From Bacteroidia bacterium (GTDB taxonomy: Bacteria; Bacteroidota; Bacteroidia; Bacteroidales; VadinHA17), in NCBI GenBank assembly GCA_026391215.1, contig JAPLDX010000060.1:50622-114621 (forward strand): a stretch of DNA of 64,000 nucleotides. Reading direction: 5' to 3'. The notes beneath the pieces were generated by a model. It was not told where the DNA came from and ran no database searches. It saw nothing but the letters and a program-made list of their open reading frames with translations. Positions 38,709 through 49,523 of the stretch are shown here, in pieces (the stretch's first letter is position 1; each line of letters starts with the position of its first letter). The translations under genes were made by a program, and so were the position numbers.

Positions 38709-38737
38709 CCCCTAAATCCCCGAAGGGGACCTGGGGG
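38709..38737. repeat. Short GC-rich REP-like palindrome between convergent genes
   Basis: CCCCTAAATCCCCGAAGGGGACCTGGGGG. Confidence 0.55.
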
Positions 38738-38746
38738 TAGGGAGCG

Positions 38747-40660
38747 CTATCCCAGTTTCATCTTCTCGACTTCCTCCATATTCCTTTCATTTGTAACTGC
38801 CTTGGCTTCAGTTGTATAGAGAAAGTCAATAAGATCCTGGTACCTGTCCATGATCTTGCCTCTCACAATTTTCATTATAGAATTCATCAGGTGGTTTCCC
38901 TCGTTAAATCCTTCCTCAAGAATGCCTATAGCAACAGGCAGCCATCTTTGCGGGAACATCTTTCCGTATTTCCCGTTTGTCCTATATTCATTGACTTCAT
39001 TTTCAATCAGATTCAGTACTGCTTTTTTACCCTCTTCAGAAGCGGCTATTAGATTCTTTTCTTCAAGAAAAAGCTTAAGTGCAACCTGGTTAGGCACAAT
39101 AAGAGCGACTGTATATGGTTTCTGGTTATTGTAAAGCATGCACTGGTCAATGTATTTTGACTGTTCAGTTATTGTTTCCTCTATGCCTTCCGGGCTGAAT
39201 TTTTCACCATCATCTGCAATAAGAAGACTCTTGAAGCGGCCAAGAACATAAAGGTAACCATCCTCAGACATGTAGCCCATATCACCGGTATGGAGCCATC
39301 CTTCCCTTAATGTATCTTTTGTTGCGACTTCATTTTTCCAGTATCCGTACATCACATTTCCTCCCCTGATGACTATTTCGCCCTTTTCCCCTGTTGGTAA
39401 ATCGCGTCCCTCTTCATCGCATATCTTAAGATCCATATTATTGACGATCGGTCCTGATGAACCCAGCTTGTGCCTGGCAGTGGAATTGGATGATATAACA
39501 GGTGATGCTTCGCTCAGTCCGTATCCCTGGTACATTGGAATTCCAAGGGCATAAAAGAACCGCTGAAGCTCGATATCCAGAAGAGCACCGCCGCCTATGA
39601 AGTAATCAAGCTCTCCACCATAGGCTTCACGTATTTTACTGAAAATGATCTTATCATAAAGGTCGATCAACGGTTTTTTAAGCTTTTGAAGTCCTCTTCC
39701 CTTGTTCCATCCTTCTTTATTGTATGAATAAGATATTTTCAATGCATGATTAAACAGTATTTCTGTGATTCTGCCTTTTTCCTTGATCCCCTTTTCGATG
39801 TTTTTCCTGAAATTTTTGGCAATTGCAGGAACGCTCATCAGCAGATTTGGTTTAATCTCTTTCAGGCAGATTGGAAGGTTCCTAAGAGCTTCCAATGGTG
39901 TTTTACCTATCTTGACAGAAGCAATGCTTGCCCCTTTACCCATGAAGGCAAAAATGCCGCAGGTGTGACCGAATGAGTGGTCCCAGGGCAGAAAAAGAAG
40001 AGTTTTATAAAATGCAGGAATATCCATCAGACTATAGGCCTGATAAACATTTGTTACGTAATTGCCATGTGTCAGAATAATGCCCTTTGGATCTGCTGTA
40101 GTTCCGGAAGTATAGCAGATATTAGCAAAATCAGATGGTGTAACGCTCCGCGAGATCTCCTCGAATTTTGCCATGTTCTCCTTTGATTCAAGCCATTCCC
40201 TTCCCGCCTTTCTTACCTCATTGAAATGGATCTCGTTTGGAGGATACTCTTCCTGTGTGTCAAAATGAATTATTTTTTCAATATAGCGGCAATCACTGAT
40301 GACCTCTTTAATTTTCTGATAATGTGTCGATGAGGTCAGGATCATCCTTGCTTCTGAATGGTTCAGTCTGAATTTGATCTCTTCCGGGCTAAGTTTTGTT
40401 GATATTGGTACATTATACGCCCCTGTATATAAAATGCCCAATTCTCCTATGACCCAATTGTTGCGGCCTTCAGATATGAGACTCAGTCTGTCACCTTTTT
40501 TAATGCCCAGGCATATCAGTCCTGCCGCAAATTCATAAACCTGTTTTTTTGTTTCACCGTAAGTAGTTCCTTCATATTTATCGCCTGGTTTTTCCCACAG
40601 ATAGACATTGTCGCTGAATTTCTCGACGCTCTCTTCAAAAAACTGGATTAATGATTTCAT
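38747..40660 (-). CDS. Long-chain fatty acid--CoA ligase (AMP-binding)
   Basis: YTSGTTADPKG, QGYGLSEASP, WLHTGDMG. Confidence 0.9.
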   Translation of the reverse strand: MKSLIQFFEESVEKFSDNVYLWEKPGDKYEGTTYGETKKQVYEFAAGLICLGIKKGDRLSLISEGRNNWVIGELGILYTGAYNVPISTKLSPEEIKFRLNHSEARMILTSSTHYQKIKEVISDCRYIEKIIHFDTQEEYPPNEIHFNEVRKAGREWLESKENMAKFEEISRSVTPSDFANICYTSGTTADPKGIILTHGNYVTNVYQAYSLMDIPAFYKTLLFLPWDHSFGHTCGIFAFMGKGASIASVKIGKTPLEALRNLPICLKEIKPNLLMSVPAIAKNFRKNIEKGIKEKGRITEILFNHALKISYSYNKEGWNKGRGLQKLKKPLIDLYDKIIFSKIREAYGGELDYFIGGGALLDIELQRFFYALGIPMYQGYGLSEASPVISSNSTARHKLGSSGPIVNNMDLKICDEEGRDLPTGEKGEIVIRGGNVMYGYWKNEVATKDTLREGWLHTGDMGYMSEDGYLYVLGRFKSLLIADDGEKFSPEGIEETITEQSKYIDQCMLYNNQKPYTVALIVPNQVALKLFLEEKNLIAASEEGKKAVLNLIENEVNEYRTNGKYGKMFPQRWLPVAIGILEEGFNEGNHLMNSIMKIVRGKIMDRYQDLIDFLYTTEAKAVTNERNMEEVEKMKLG

Positions 40661-40748
40661 CTTTATAATTTTTATGATAATCTTTTTTTTCAGAAGCCTA
40701 ATATACAAAATCCCTGTCATTAAAAATTGACTGTCAGTTTTAATATCA

Positions 40749-40780
40749 TTTGGAATGATTTTTAATATTTTGTATATTTG
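40749..40780 (+). promoter_or_regulatory. Canonical Bacteroidota promoter (-33 TTTG, 20-bp spacer, -7 TATATTTG)
   Basis: TTTG at 40749-40752 and TATATTTG at 40773-40780, upstream of the SPOR lipoprotein. Confidence 0.55.
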
Positions 40781-40839
40781 AATATTGACATGTTTAAATT
40801 ATTGGGGAACAATTATTTATAAAACTTAATTTTTATAGT

Positions 40840-41310
40840 ATGAGACATTTAGCGGCTCTGACCATAATACTCCTGTTGGTAACTCTTACGGGATGTAAGT
40901 ACTTTAAGGGTAAGAAATCACGTGGCAAAAAAGCCCATGAAACCGAGCTCCTGCAAGCAAAGCAGGACAGCATCAGGATTGCTGATTCTATCATGAAGGT
41001 TCAGGAACGGCTGAAAGCCATTGAAGACGCCAGGCTTGATTCAATACGGATAGCAGAGGAAAAGAGAGCATGGGAGCTGAAGAATAAGTACAATATTATT
41101 GTGGGAAGCTTTATAACTCCTGAGTATGCCAGGAGCCATGCCGAGACTTACCGCCAGAAAGGGTATGATGCAAAGATAATCAAGATGGAGGGCGGCAGGT
41201 TCGACCTTGTCTCGGCTGAGGCTTATGCAAGCTTCAGAAAGGCTGTTGAACGTCTCCAGGAAATCCAGAATACTGAAGAAATGGGTGCCTGGATGTACGT
41301 TATAAAGTAG
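40840..41310 (+). CDS. SPOR-domain lipoprotein
   Basis: Lipobox LTGC; DSI repeats; YNIIVGSF...AWMY. Confidence 0.7.
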   Translation: MRHLAALTIILLLVTLTGCKYFKGKKSRGKKAHETELLQAKQDSIRIADSIMKVQERLKAIEDARLDSIRIAEEKRAWELKNKYNIIVGSFITPEYARSHAETYRQKGYDAKIIKMEGGRFDLVSAEAYASFRKAVERLQEIQNTEEMGAWMYVIK

Positions 41311-41312
41311 GA

Positions 41313-42575
41313 CTATTTTCGGAAAATTGTCTCCTCCCTGTCAGGACCGACAGAAACCATAGTTATCGGCAAACCCGTCTCTTTCTCAACAAATCCGATA
41401 TATTTTTTAAGGTTCTCCGGAAGATCTTTATATTCCCTTATTCCTGATATATTCTCCTTCCAGCCGTCCATTTCCATAAAAACAGGCTCTACAGGCGAAT
41501 TATCAAAAGGGATCTCATGGCACTCTTTGCCTCCTGACTTGTAAGAAACACATACTTTAATAGTATCAAACCCTGACATCACATCACTTTTTGTAATAAA
41601 GAGCCGGGTAACTCCGTCGATCATTATTGCATATTTCAATGCAGGCAGGTCGAGCCAGCCGCATCGGCGCGGACGTCCGGTGGTTGAACCGAATTCATGA
41701 CCTTTTTCCCTTAGGATATTTCCGGTATGATCGTTAAGCTCTGTCGGGAACGGGCCGCTTCCCACTCTGGTGCAATAGGCCTTGAATATCCCGAGTACCT
41801 CACCAATCTTCTTTGGTGAAATGCCAAGACCTGTACAGGCGCCTGCGCTTATCGTGTTTGATGATGTGACAAAAGGATATGAACCAAAATCTACATCAAG
41901 CATTGTGCCCTGTGCGCCTTCAGCAAGAAGCTTCTTGCCTTTTGATATCAGATCGTTGATCAGGTATTCCGTATTTATGATCCTGAATTTTTTCATCAGC
42001 TCAATCCCTTCAAACCATCCTGCTTCGTATTCCTTCAGATCAAAACTAAAATCATAGCCTTTAAGGATAGCCAGGTGAAGCTTCATATGTTGATCGTACA
42101 GATCCCTGAAATCTTTTCTCAGAATTTCACCGGCTCGCAGGCCATTCCGTGCAACCTTATCGGTATATGCAGGGCCGATGCCTTTGAGCGTCGATCCTAT
42201 TTTGGTCTGCCCTTTGCTATGTTCATAAGCTGCATCGAGGATCCTGTGTCCGGGGAGTATAAGATTCGCCCTTGCTGAAATTATCAGTCTCCTTATCAAC
42301 TCATCTGCAGATAGACCAAGGCTCTCAGTCTCTTTCTTAAAAACTGCCGGATCAATAACCACGCCATTGCCTATTATATTGATTTTTTCGGGGTGGAATA
42401 TACCAGAAGGAATAAGGTGGAGCACATGCTTCACATTATTGAATTCAAGAGAATGCCCGGCATTAGGTCCTCCCTGGAAACGGGCTATGATATCATAATC
42501 CGGGCTTATAGCGTCAACAATTTTTCCTTTGCCCTCATCACCCCATTGCAGACCTAACAAGATGTCAATGTTCAT
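41313..42575 (-). CDS. purA: Adenylosuccinate synthetase
   Basis: QWGDEGKGK, GGPNAGH, EGAQG, TTGRPRRCGW. Confidence 0.97.
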   Translation of the reverse strand: MNIDILLGLQWGDEGKGKIVDAISPDYDIIARFQGGPNAGHSLEFNNVKHVLHLIPSGIFHPEKINIIGNGVVIDPAVFKKETESLGLSADELIRRLIISARANLILPGHRILDAAYEHSKGQTKIGSTLKGIGPAYTDKVARNGLRAGEILRKDFRDLYDQHMKLHLAILKGYDFSFDLKEYEAGWFEGIELMKKFRIINTEYLINDLISKGKKLLAEGAQGTMLDVDFGSYPFVTSSNTISAGACTGLGISPKKIGEVLGIFKAYCTRVGSGPFPTELNDHTGNILREKGHEFGSTTGRPRRCGWLDLPALKYAIMIDGVTRLFITKSDVMSGFDTIKVCVSYKSGGKECHEIPFDNSPVEPVFMEMDGWKENISGIREYKDLPENLKKYIGFVEKETGLPITMVSVGPDREETIFRK

Positions 42576-42767
42576 ATTAGCAGATTATTATAATCTTAAA
42601 AAACAGATCACAAGTTACAAAATAATTCAACTTGGTTGCCAGGTGGTTCAAGATTGTTAATATTATTAAACTATAGCATCCATTTACTGGGATTTCATAA
42701 ATTTGATAAGCTGATAGTTTATGATGAATTAACCGGCAAAGAGTCTTTTCCATTAATACTGTTAAAT

Positions 42768-43910
42768 ATGAAAAACGCACTAAGGTTTTCAGCAGCATTT
42801 TCCCTCCTCATTTCATTGACCTGGCAGACTGCCTCTTCGCAGCAAAACGATGAAATATTATTCTATAAGCACATTGCTGTATCAGCAATGAACGGTGTTT
42901 ATTATGGTCTGGCTGCCGATCATATCTTTTCAATTGAAGACGATAAAGCTGCAGTGGCTATCCCTATCATAACAGCCGGCACCCTGGCGCTGGTACCGCT
43001 GTTTACAAATGAAACCAGGACAATAACCTCAAACCAGTTGCTGCTTTCCGGCCATGGACAGTTGATAGGATGGGCGCACGGCTTATCTCTGGCACTGCTT
43101 ATAAATGGGGAAAATTCATTCGACGAGGGAACAAGCAAGCTGACTGTAGGAATGGCCGCACTGGGCAGCATAGGCATGGGAATTGCCGGCAAATCCCTGG
43201 CAACTAAAAAAGACTGGTCGGAGGGACGTGTGGCTCTTTATCGTCATTATGGACTTGTTATGCCAACGACAGGAGCTGCATTTTCCCTGGCAGTTTCTGA
43301 TAATATAAGAGTATTTGCCAGTTCAGTTCTCCTGTTTGGTGCAGGCAGTTACTTTCTCGCCGACAGGGTGAACAGATGGCATGAGTTTACCAGAGGGGAA
43401 ATAAGAGCGACTCAGGCGCTTACCTTATTGAACGGCAGCCTGGGATTATGCATATTGGCTGACATAGAACCTGGTGATCCTCCAAATGCTGCATGGTTAT
43501 TGCCAGGACTCGGACTATTATCAGGTACAGGTTTCGGCCATTTGTGGCTGAAAGATTCAAACCTGACCCCTCAGCAGGGTATGACAACGATGTATGCTGC
43601 CGGACTTGGATCTCTTATTGGCATCGGTCTGTCAATACTCTTTAATCCTGAGGACGCTGATTTCAATGCATCACATTATCTACTGCCTTATTCAACAGGA
43701 ATGGCAACCTATTCGTATGCCGTATGGAGACTGAAAAATAAAAATGCAGCTTTGGGTTCCGTACCTCATGATAATAGTACAGGAAAATGGGATTTCGCTT
43801 TCATGCCTCAAAACCTGTATCTCAATGAAAAACTGGGGGAAAAAGGTAATATTCTAAATAACAGACTTGTAGGAATGCAGCCTGTTATTTCAGCAACCTG
43901 TACTTTCTGA
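42768..43910 (+). CDS. Hypothetical Gly-rich multi-helix membrane protein with signal peptide
   Basis: ATG at 42768; signal peptide; about 10 hydrophobic Gly-rich segments. Confidence 0.6.
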   Translation: MKNALRFSAAFSLLISLTWQTASSQQNDEILFYKHIAVSAMNGVYYGLAADHIFSIEDDKAAVAIPIITAGTLALVPLFTNETRTITSNQLLLSGHGQLIGWAHGLSLALLINGENSFDEGTSKLTVGMAALGSIGMGIAGKSLATKKDWSEGRVALYRHYGLVMPTTGAAFSLAVSDNIRVFASSVLLFGAGSYFLADRVNRWHEFTRGEIRATQALTLLNGSLGLCILADIEPGDPPNAAWLLPGLGLLSGTGFGHLWLKDSNLTPQQGMTTMYAAGLGSLIGIGLSILFNPEDADFNASHYLLPYSTGMATYSYAVWRLKNKNAALGSVPHDNSTGKWDFAFMPQNLYLNEKLGEKGNILNNRLVGMQPVISATCTF

Positions 43911-43915
43911 AAGTA

Positions 43916-44368
43916 CTACTTCTCTTTCTTCTTTTCTACTGCAGCTCCATAGATATAAAGAGAATGATACTGGGGAGCGAAATTATTCATCTCACATGCG
44001 GTTTTTATGATCTCACTGATCCTGGGATCACAAAACTCAGTTACCTTACCGGTCTCAATATCAATTAGATGATCATGCTGTCCGCACTGGTAAGCTCTTT
44101 CAAACTGAGCTATATTCTTACCAAACTGATGTTTTATTACAAGATTGCAGTCGAGTAGAAGCTCAATTGTGTTGTAGAGAGTAGCCCTGCTCACCCTGTA
44201 ATTCTTGTTCTTCATGAAAATATAAAGAGATTCAATGTCGAAATGTCCTGCACGTGAATAGATCTCATCGAGAATGGCATACCTCTCAGGAGTTTTCCGG
44301 TGCCCCTTCTTCTTAAGATATTCTGTGAAGATCTTTTTTACTGTGATCCTTGTATCATCACTAATCAT
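43916..44368 (-). CDS. fur: Fur-family transcriptional regulator
   Basis: [33 protein letters not shown]. Confidence 0.85.
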   Translation of the reverse strand: MISDDTRITVKKIFTEYLKKKGHRKTPERYAILDEIYSRAGHFDIESLYIFMKNKNYRVSRATLYNTIELLLDCNLVIKHQFGKNIAQFERAYQCGQHDHLIDIETGKVTEFCDPRISEIIKTACEMNNFAPQYHSLYIYGAAVEKKKEK

Positions 44369-44443
44369 ATCTGGTCTAATTTAAAATAATGACAAAAATA
44401 TGCATTTTTTAATTAGAAGAATGGATATTTATTTGTGTTTTTA

Positions 44444-46690
44444 TTATTCGGTAAAATCCTCAACTCTTTTGACGCTCTCGATACCCTTGATGTTGGATAT
44501 CTTCATAATCAGATTGTTAAGGTCTTTTGTATGGTGAACATAGATATCAATTGATCCTGTAAATATGCCGTCCTTTACCGAGAAATTTACATTGGTCATA
44601 TTTACTTTCAGCTGTGACGAAATAATATTGGTGATCTCGTTGATCAGGCCGATCCTGTCAATCCCGGTGAGGTTTATTCTTGCCAGGAAGGATACCAGCT
44701 TATGGATTGCCCATTTTACTGCAATTATCCTGTTCCCTTCATTTGACATCAGCCTTATTGCCACAGGGCATTTCGGCTTATGAATAACTATCGGGCCTTC
44801 GGGGGAATGGTAACCCATGACCTCATCGCCGGGGATTGGATTGCAGCATGTGGCTATCTCATATGACTGCTCGGCACTTTCTATATTCTCCCTGAGAAGG
44901 AACGGGACGTTTTTATCTATTTTCTGAGGTGTTTCTTCTGGCTCTTTGGCTTCATTCTTTGATCCGATGAACTTTAGATCCCAATACTTAATGATACTCT
45001 TGGTCGTAGTTTTACGAAGTATTTTCTTCAGGTTATCCAGGTTGATTATTCCAAGCTCAATACCTGAATAAAGTTCATCCTTGTTGAGCACATCATAGGA
45101 AGTCAGAAGCTTTTTCAGTATTTCCGCATTTGGGGTCACTCCAAGCTCATTAAGCTTGCTCTCAAGTATTTCCATTCCCTTCTGGACACGGTTTGAAGTT
45201 TCAGCACGTAATGCATCCTTAATAGCTTCTTTTGCTTTTGATGTCCTGACATATGACAGCCATTCCTTATCCGGTTTCGCAATATCTGAAGTAATTATTT
45301 CAACCTGATCACCGCTCATGAGCGTTGCATTGATAGGATGGAGCTTATAGTTTATCTTGGCGCCAATGGCTTTATTTCCGATCTCAGTATGTATCTCATA
45401 GGCAAAGTCGAGTGCCGATGCACCTTTAGGAAGGCTCACAAGCGTTCCCTTCGGAGTGAATACCATTATTTCGGAGGAAAAGAGGTTCATCTTGAACTCA
45501 TCAAGAAACTCAATCGGATCCTCAAGCGGATTCTCAAGCATAAGCCTGATCTTTTTTATCCATTTATCAATCTCGCTTTCCTGTCTATCGTCTCCCTTAT
45601 ATTTCCAGTGCGCCGCGTATCCTCTTTCAGCGATCTCATCCATCCTTGTGGTTCTTATCTGCACTTCAACCCACTTTCCTTCAGGACCCATAACTGTCAC
45701 ATGCAGAGCTTCATAACCATTGGGCTTTGGCCGGCTCACCCAGTCGCGAAGCCTGTCAGGTTTAGGCAGATATGAATCAGTGATCATTGAATAGATATTC
45801 CAGCATTGTGTCTTTTCAGGAATATCAGGTTTGGGCTCAAAAACTATCCTCACAGCAAGAACATCATAAATCTCCTCGAATGGAACATTCTTCGATTGCA
45901 TCTTTTTCCAGATGGAAAAAACCGATTTCGGACGGCTGCTGATATTGAACTCAAGTCCGGCCACCGTAAGTTTATCAATTATAGGGAATGAGAAATTATT
46001 TAGGAATGATAAATACTTCTTCTCGCTCAGCTTGAGTTTTGAAGCTATTTCTTCGTATATCTGTGGCTGACGGAATTTAAAGCTGAGGTCTTCAAGTTCG
46101 CTTTTTATGGAGAATAATCCAAGACGATGTGCCAGCGGTGCATAGAGGAAAATCGTCTCGCCTGCCAGCTTCATCCTTTTGTGTTCCGGTAATGAATCAA
46201 GGGTCCTCATGTTATGCAGGCGATCGGCAATCTTAATAAGGATGACTCTCATGTCATCAGAAAGCGTCATCAGCATCTTTCTGAAATTTTCAGCCTGCAT
46301 TGATGATGAGCTTCCCTTGTTATATGTACCGGAGATCTTTGTAAGACCGTCAATCAGTGATGCTATCTTAGTACCAAAATCCCTTTCAACATTTTCAAGA
46401 GTATAATCAGTGTCTTCAACAACATCGTGAAGAAGTGCTGCTGTGATGGATCTGGCTCCAAGCCCTATCTCCTGGTTGACAATTTTAGCAACAGCTATAG
46501 GATGAAGAATATATGGTTCTCCCGATTTACGGCGCATGTTCCAGTGAGCTTCATTGGCAATCCTGAATGCCTTGTCAATCATCTCCCTGTCGCCTTCCTT
46601 CTTGCATCTGAGAAGATTATTTACAAGAGATGCATATTCATCCTGAATAAGTTTTTTGTCCTCCTCGTCAAAAATATCCTTGTTACCCAT
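44444..46690 (-). CDS. relA: RelA/SpoT (p)ppGpp synthetase/hydrolase
   Basis: RKSGEPYILHP, LHDVVED, ADRLHNMRTL, EVQIRT, AAHWKYK, TGS and ACT domains. Confidence 0.93.
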   Translation of the reverse strand: MGNKDIFDEEDKKLIQDEYASLVNNLLRCKKEGDREMIDKAFRIANEAHWNMRRKSGEPYILHPIAVAKIVNQEIGLGARSITAALLHDVVEDTDYTLENVERDFGTKIASLIDGLTKISGTYNKGSSSSMQAENFRKMLMTLSDDMRVILIKIADRLHNMRTLDSLPEHKRMKLAGETIFLYAPLAHRLGLFSIKSELEDLSFKFRQPQIYEEIASKLKLSEKKYLSFLNNFSFPIIDKLTVAGLEFNISSRPKSVFSIWKKMQSKNVPFEEIYDVLAVRIVFEPKPDIPEKTQCWNIYSMITDSYLPKPDRLRDWVSRPKPNGYEALHVTVMGPEGKWVEVQIRTTRMDEIAERGYAAHWKYKGDDRQESEIDKWIKKIRLMLENPLEDPIEFLDEFKMNLFSSEIMVFTPKGTLVSLPKGASALDFAYEIHTEIGNKAIGAKINYKLHPINATLMSGDQVEIITSDIAKPDKEWLSYVRTSKAKEAIKDALRAETSNRVQKGMEILESKLNELGVTPNAEILKKLLTSYDVLNKDELYSGIELGIINLDNLKKILRKTTTKSIIKYWDLKFIGSKNEAKEPEETPQKIDKNVPFLLRENIESAEQSYEIATCCNPIPGDEVMGYHSPEGPIVIHKPKCPVAIRLMSNEGNRIIAVKWAIHKLVSFLARINLTGIDRIGLINEITNIISSQLKVNMTNVNFSVKDGIFTGSIDIYVHHTKDLNNLIMKISNIKGIESVKRVEDFTE

Positions 46691-46768
46691 AAATATTCAA
46701 GGTGCAAGTTACAAATATAGCTTTATTAGTTAAAAGTTGGAACAGATGCGGGGCATGATTAGTCGTAT

Positions 46769-48259
46769 TTACCTGCTGGTCCTGATAACCGTCACCGTAC
46801 CGGTTCGTGAAACCGCGTCCCCTGATGGTACCTTTACTTCAAGGAACCAGAGATAGGTACCTTCAGGAACCGGATCACCATTTTCTGTACCATCCCACTT
46901 TACAGTATGATCCCTGGTCTCAAATACCATTTTCCTCCTTAAATCAGTAATCACCAGATGGTAATCTACAGGAGTGAATGACAGGACGGGAACGAAAAGA
47001 TCATTCACAAGATTATTATCGGGAGTGAATACATTAGGAACAGTTATTATTTCTGTGACATTGGAACAGATACGTGATGAACGGCTCTCTCCTGACGCAC
47101 CATATGGATTGGATTTTTCATATGCTGTTATTATGAAACAGACCTCATAACCGGTGGTTTCGTACATCAGATCGGAATATTTTATTTTAAAAACAGTGTC
47201 AGCCGGCTCAAGAGAATACCTTTCTTCAAATTGTTTGTCTGTCTTAACAAACAGTTTATAGGAGCTGATGACACCGTTCCACTCTTTATAAGGATTCCAG
47301 GTCAGGTTAATATCATTTTCATCCTGATCAAGCGAGAGCACAATATTTGATGCGATATTTGATACAGTTATAGGAACATTGCAATTATTGACAGCCGAAA
47401 GCCTGTAATAATTTATCTTACTGATATCAGCCTTTCCGTCATTATATAAAAATGAATCCTGATGGTCTGTAAAATGATAGATCTGGCTGAAAACACCTGA
47501 TGATCCGGTCTTCCTTTCAAGGATATAATCCCTGATCTCCGACAGGGGATCTGCTTTAAATGACAGAAGGATTTCATCCTCAGGGACTACGGTTGCATAA
47601 TCAGCGTTGATCCATTTAGGCGGCCGCTGCATCCTGGTGTACAGACACACTTTGTTTGACAGTGAAACAGAACCTCCCTGAAGGTCTGCCCTGACAATAA
47701 AACAATATTGGGAATCAAACAGGAAATCATTCAGGATAAGCATATTTTTATCCCGTCCGGTTGTCCCTGCTGTGGTATAACTGCCCCCGTCAACTGAAAA
47801 AAGTACTGTATAGGCCTGTACCTGCCTGGGGTATGACGGATAACCGTTCCATTTAATTTCAATTTTCCTGTCGCATGTATCAAGGCTTACTGAGGTGAAA
47901 ATAGTATTCAGTGCATTTGAGAGAGGACTTATATTTCCGGCACTGTCAAGTGCTGCCACTACATATGACCGTGAAAGTTCAGATGAAATTAAGCTGGTAT
48001 GTATATAGCTTGAAATAAATGGATTATGAATGGTATCAATAGAATAACCTGCATTATTTGTGTATGAATAAACAATATATTCGGATACATCGGGTGACGG
48101 ACTCAGCGTCCATGATAATTCACTATAACCTGTTAACTGGTCAACAGTAACAAGATCAAGCACGGGTGAAACAGGAGGAACAGTATCAGTTTGCCCTGAT
48201 GCACTGATAGTATATGCCATCAATAAAACAATAATAATAAAAAGGTGTTTTATACTCAT
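46769..48259 (-). CDS. T9SS cargo with type-B C-terminal domain and FN3-like domains
   Basis: Signal peptide; VPNVFTPD...WDG...EGTYLW...GTVTVIR. Confidence 0.78.
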   Translation of the reverse strand: MSIKHLFIIIVLLMAYTISASGQTDTVPPVSPVLDLVTVDQLTGYSELSWTLSPSPDVSEYIVYSYTNNAGYSIDTIHNPFISSYIHTSLISSELSRSYVVAALDSAGNISPLSNALNTIFTSVSLDTCDRKIEIKWNGYPSYPRQVQAYTVLFSVDGGSYTTAGTTGRDKNMLILNDFLFDSQYCFIVRADLQGGSVSLSNKVCLYTRMQRPPKWINADYATVVPEDEILLSFKADPLSEIRDYILERKTGSSGVFSQIYHFTDHQDSFLYNDGKADISKINYYRLSAVNNCNVPITVSNIASNIVLSLDQDENDINLTWNPYKEWNGVISSYKLFVKTDKQFEERYSLEPADTVFKIKYSDLMYETTGYEVCFIITAYEKSNPYGASGESRSSRICSNVTEIITVPNVFTPDNNLVNDLFVPVLSFTPVDYHLVITDLRRKMVFETRDHTVKWDGTENGDPVPEGTYLWFLEVKVPSGDAVSRTGTVTVIRTSR

Positions 48260-48260
48260 C

Positions 48261-49523
48261 TCAGCCTGCAGTTATCTGGTACAGGTCATCACTCTTATAA
48301 TACGTTTTTGCCAGTGCGGTTATTTCATCAGGCTCAATAGTTTTTATCTTTTCAACAAGCCTGTAATAATACTTATTATCAAGTCCGAATTCCCATACCG
48401 ACCTGAAGCTTTCAGCTATAGCGAACGGTCCGTCAAACATTCTTACTATCTCTCCAAGCATATAGTTTTTAACAATCCCAAGCTCCTCTTTTTCCACCGG
48501 AACCTCCTGAAGCAACTGTATTTCTTTATATATCTCATCTATCGCTTTTTGAGTACTTTTTTTACTCACTTCAGTGGAAATGACCTTGAAACCACTGATT
48601 ATCAGAGAATTTATTACAGAGTGTATGCCGTATGTCAACCCTTTCTCCTCCCTGATGTTTTTCATCAGCCTCGAGTTGAAGTATCCTCCAAGAACCACAT
48701 TCAATACTTTCATTCCCGGGTAATCGGGATGGAGCTTATTAATTGACAGGGATCCTATCCTGATAGCCGTCTGAACCGCTCCCTTCTTATTAATGTGCAC
48801 CTGTTTCCTTTCCTCTGATTTTATTACATTCCCTGATTCTTTGATGCTCCTGCCTGCTGAATGCAGCTCCCCGAAAAATTTATTAAGAAGATCCACGGTA
48901 TTCCTGTGTATTTTGCCGGATACTATTATGGCAAGATTTTCAGGAGTATAGTATTGTGAATGAAAATCTGACAATAGTGCCGGGCTCAGATTAAGAAAAT
49001 CATCCTGAACTGCCTGTCTGCCGCAGGGATGATCTTTTCCGAAAATTGATTCAAAAAGCTGATCAATTGCCAGGCTGCTGACTTTATCCCTGTTTACCAG
49101 GTACCACCGCAAGCGTTTTTTCATCAGGGTTTTTAGTTCAGCTGCCGGAAAGAGAGGATCAAATATAATTTCTCTGGCAAGCTCAAGTATCTTTTCAATA
49201 TGCTTGTTCATGAAAAAGATCACGATGCCTGCACGATCCTTTTCAGTGTAAAGATTGTAGAACGCTCCGTGGAAGTCGAGTATCTTATTAAGCCTTGAAG
49301 AACTGTAATGCAGTGAGCCCTCCGTGAGCATCATATTGGTCGTTGATGCAAGAAGAGGGAGGTATTCTGCAGCCTGCCCTGCCATAAAAGTGAAGTCAAT
49401 ACGCATTATATCCTCAGTACCAGCCTCGATCATGTAAACAGGGATCCTGTTGCTCAGGAGGGCAAAACCGGCTTCAGGTATCCTGCCCGGCTCAACAGGT
49501 ATTATTGGCGGCATCTTATTCAT
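48261..49523 (-). CDS. M16 peptidase, non-catalytic subunit
   Basis: LGGYFNSRLMKNIREEKGLTYG; no HxxEH motif. Confidence 0.85.
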   Translation of the reverse strand: MNKMPPIIPVEPGRIPEAGFALLSNRIPVYMIEAGTEDIMRIDFTFMAGQAAEYLPLLASTTNMMLTEGSLHYSSSRLNKILDFHGAFYNLYTEKDRAGIVIFFMNKHIEKILELAREIIFDPLFPAAELKTLMKKRLRWYLVNRDKVSSLAIDQLFESIFGKDHPCGRQAVQDDFLNLSPALLSDFHSQYYTPENLAIIVSGKIHRNTVDLLNKFFGELHSAGRSIKESGNVIKSEERKQVHINKKGAVQTAIRIGSLSINKLHPDYPGMKVLNVVLGGYFNSRLMKNIREEKGLTYGIHSVINSLIISGFKVISTEVSKKSTQKAIDEIYKEIQLLQEVPVEKEELGIVKNYMLGEIVRMFDGPFAIAESFRSVWEFGLDNKYYYRLVEKIKTIEPDEITALAKTYYKSDDLYQITAG

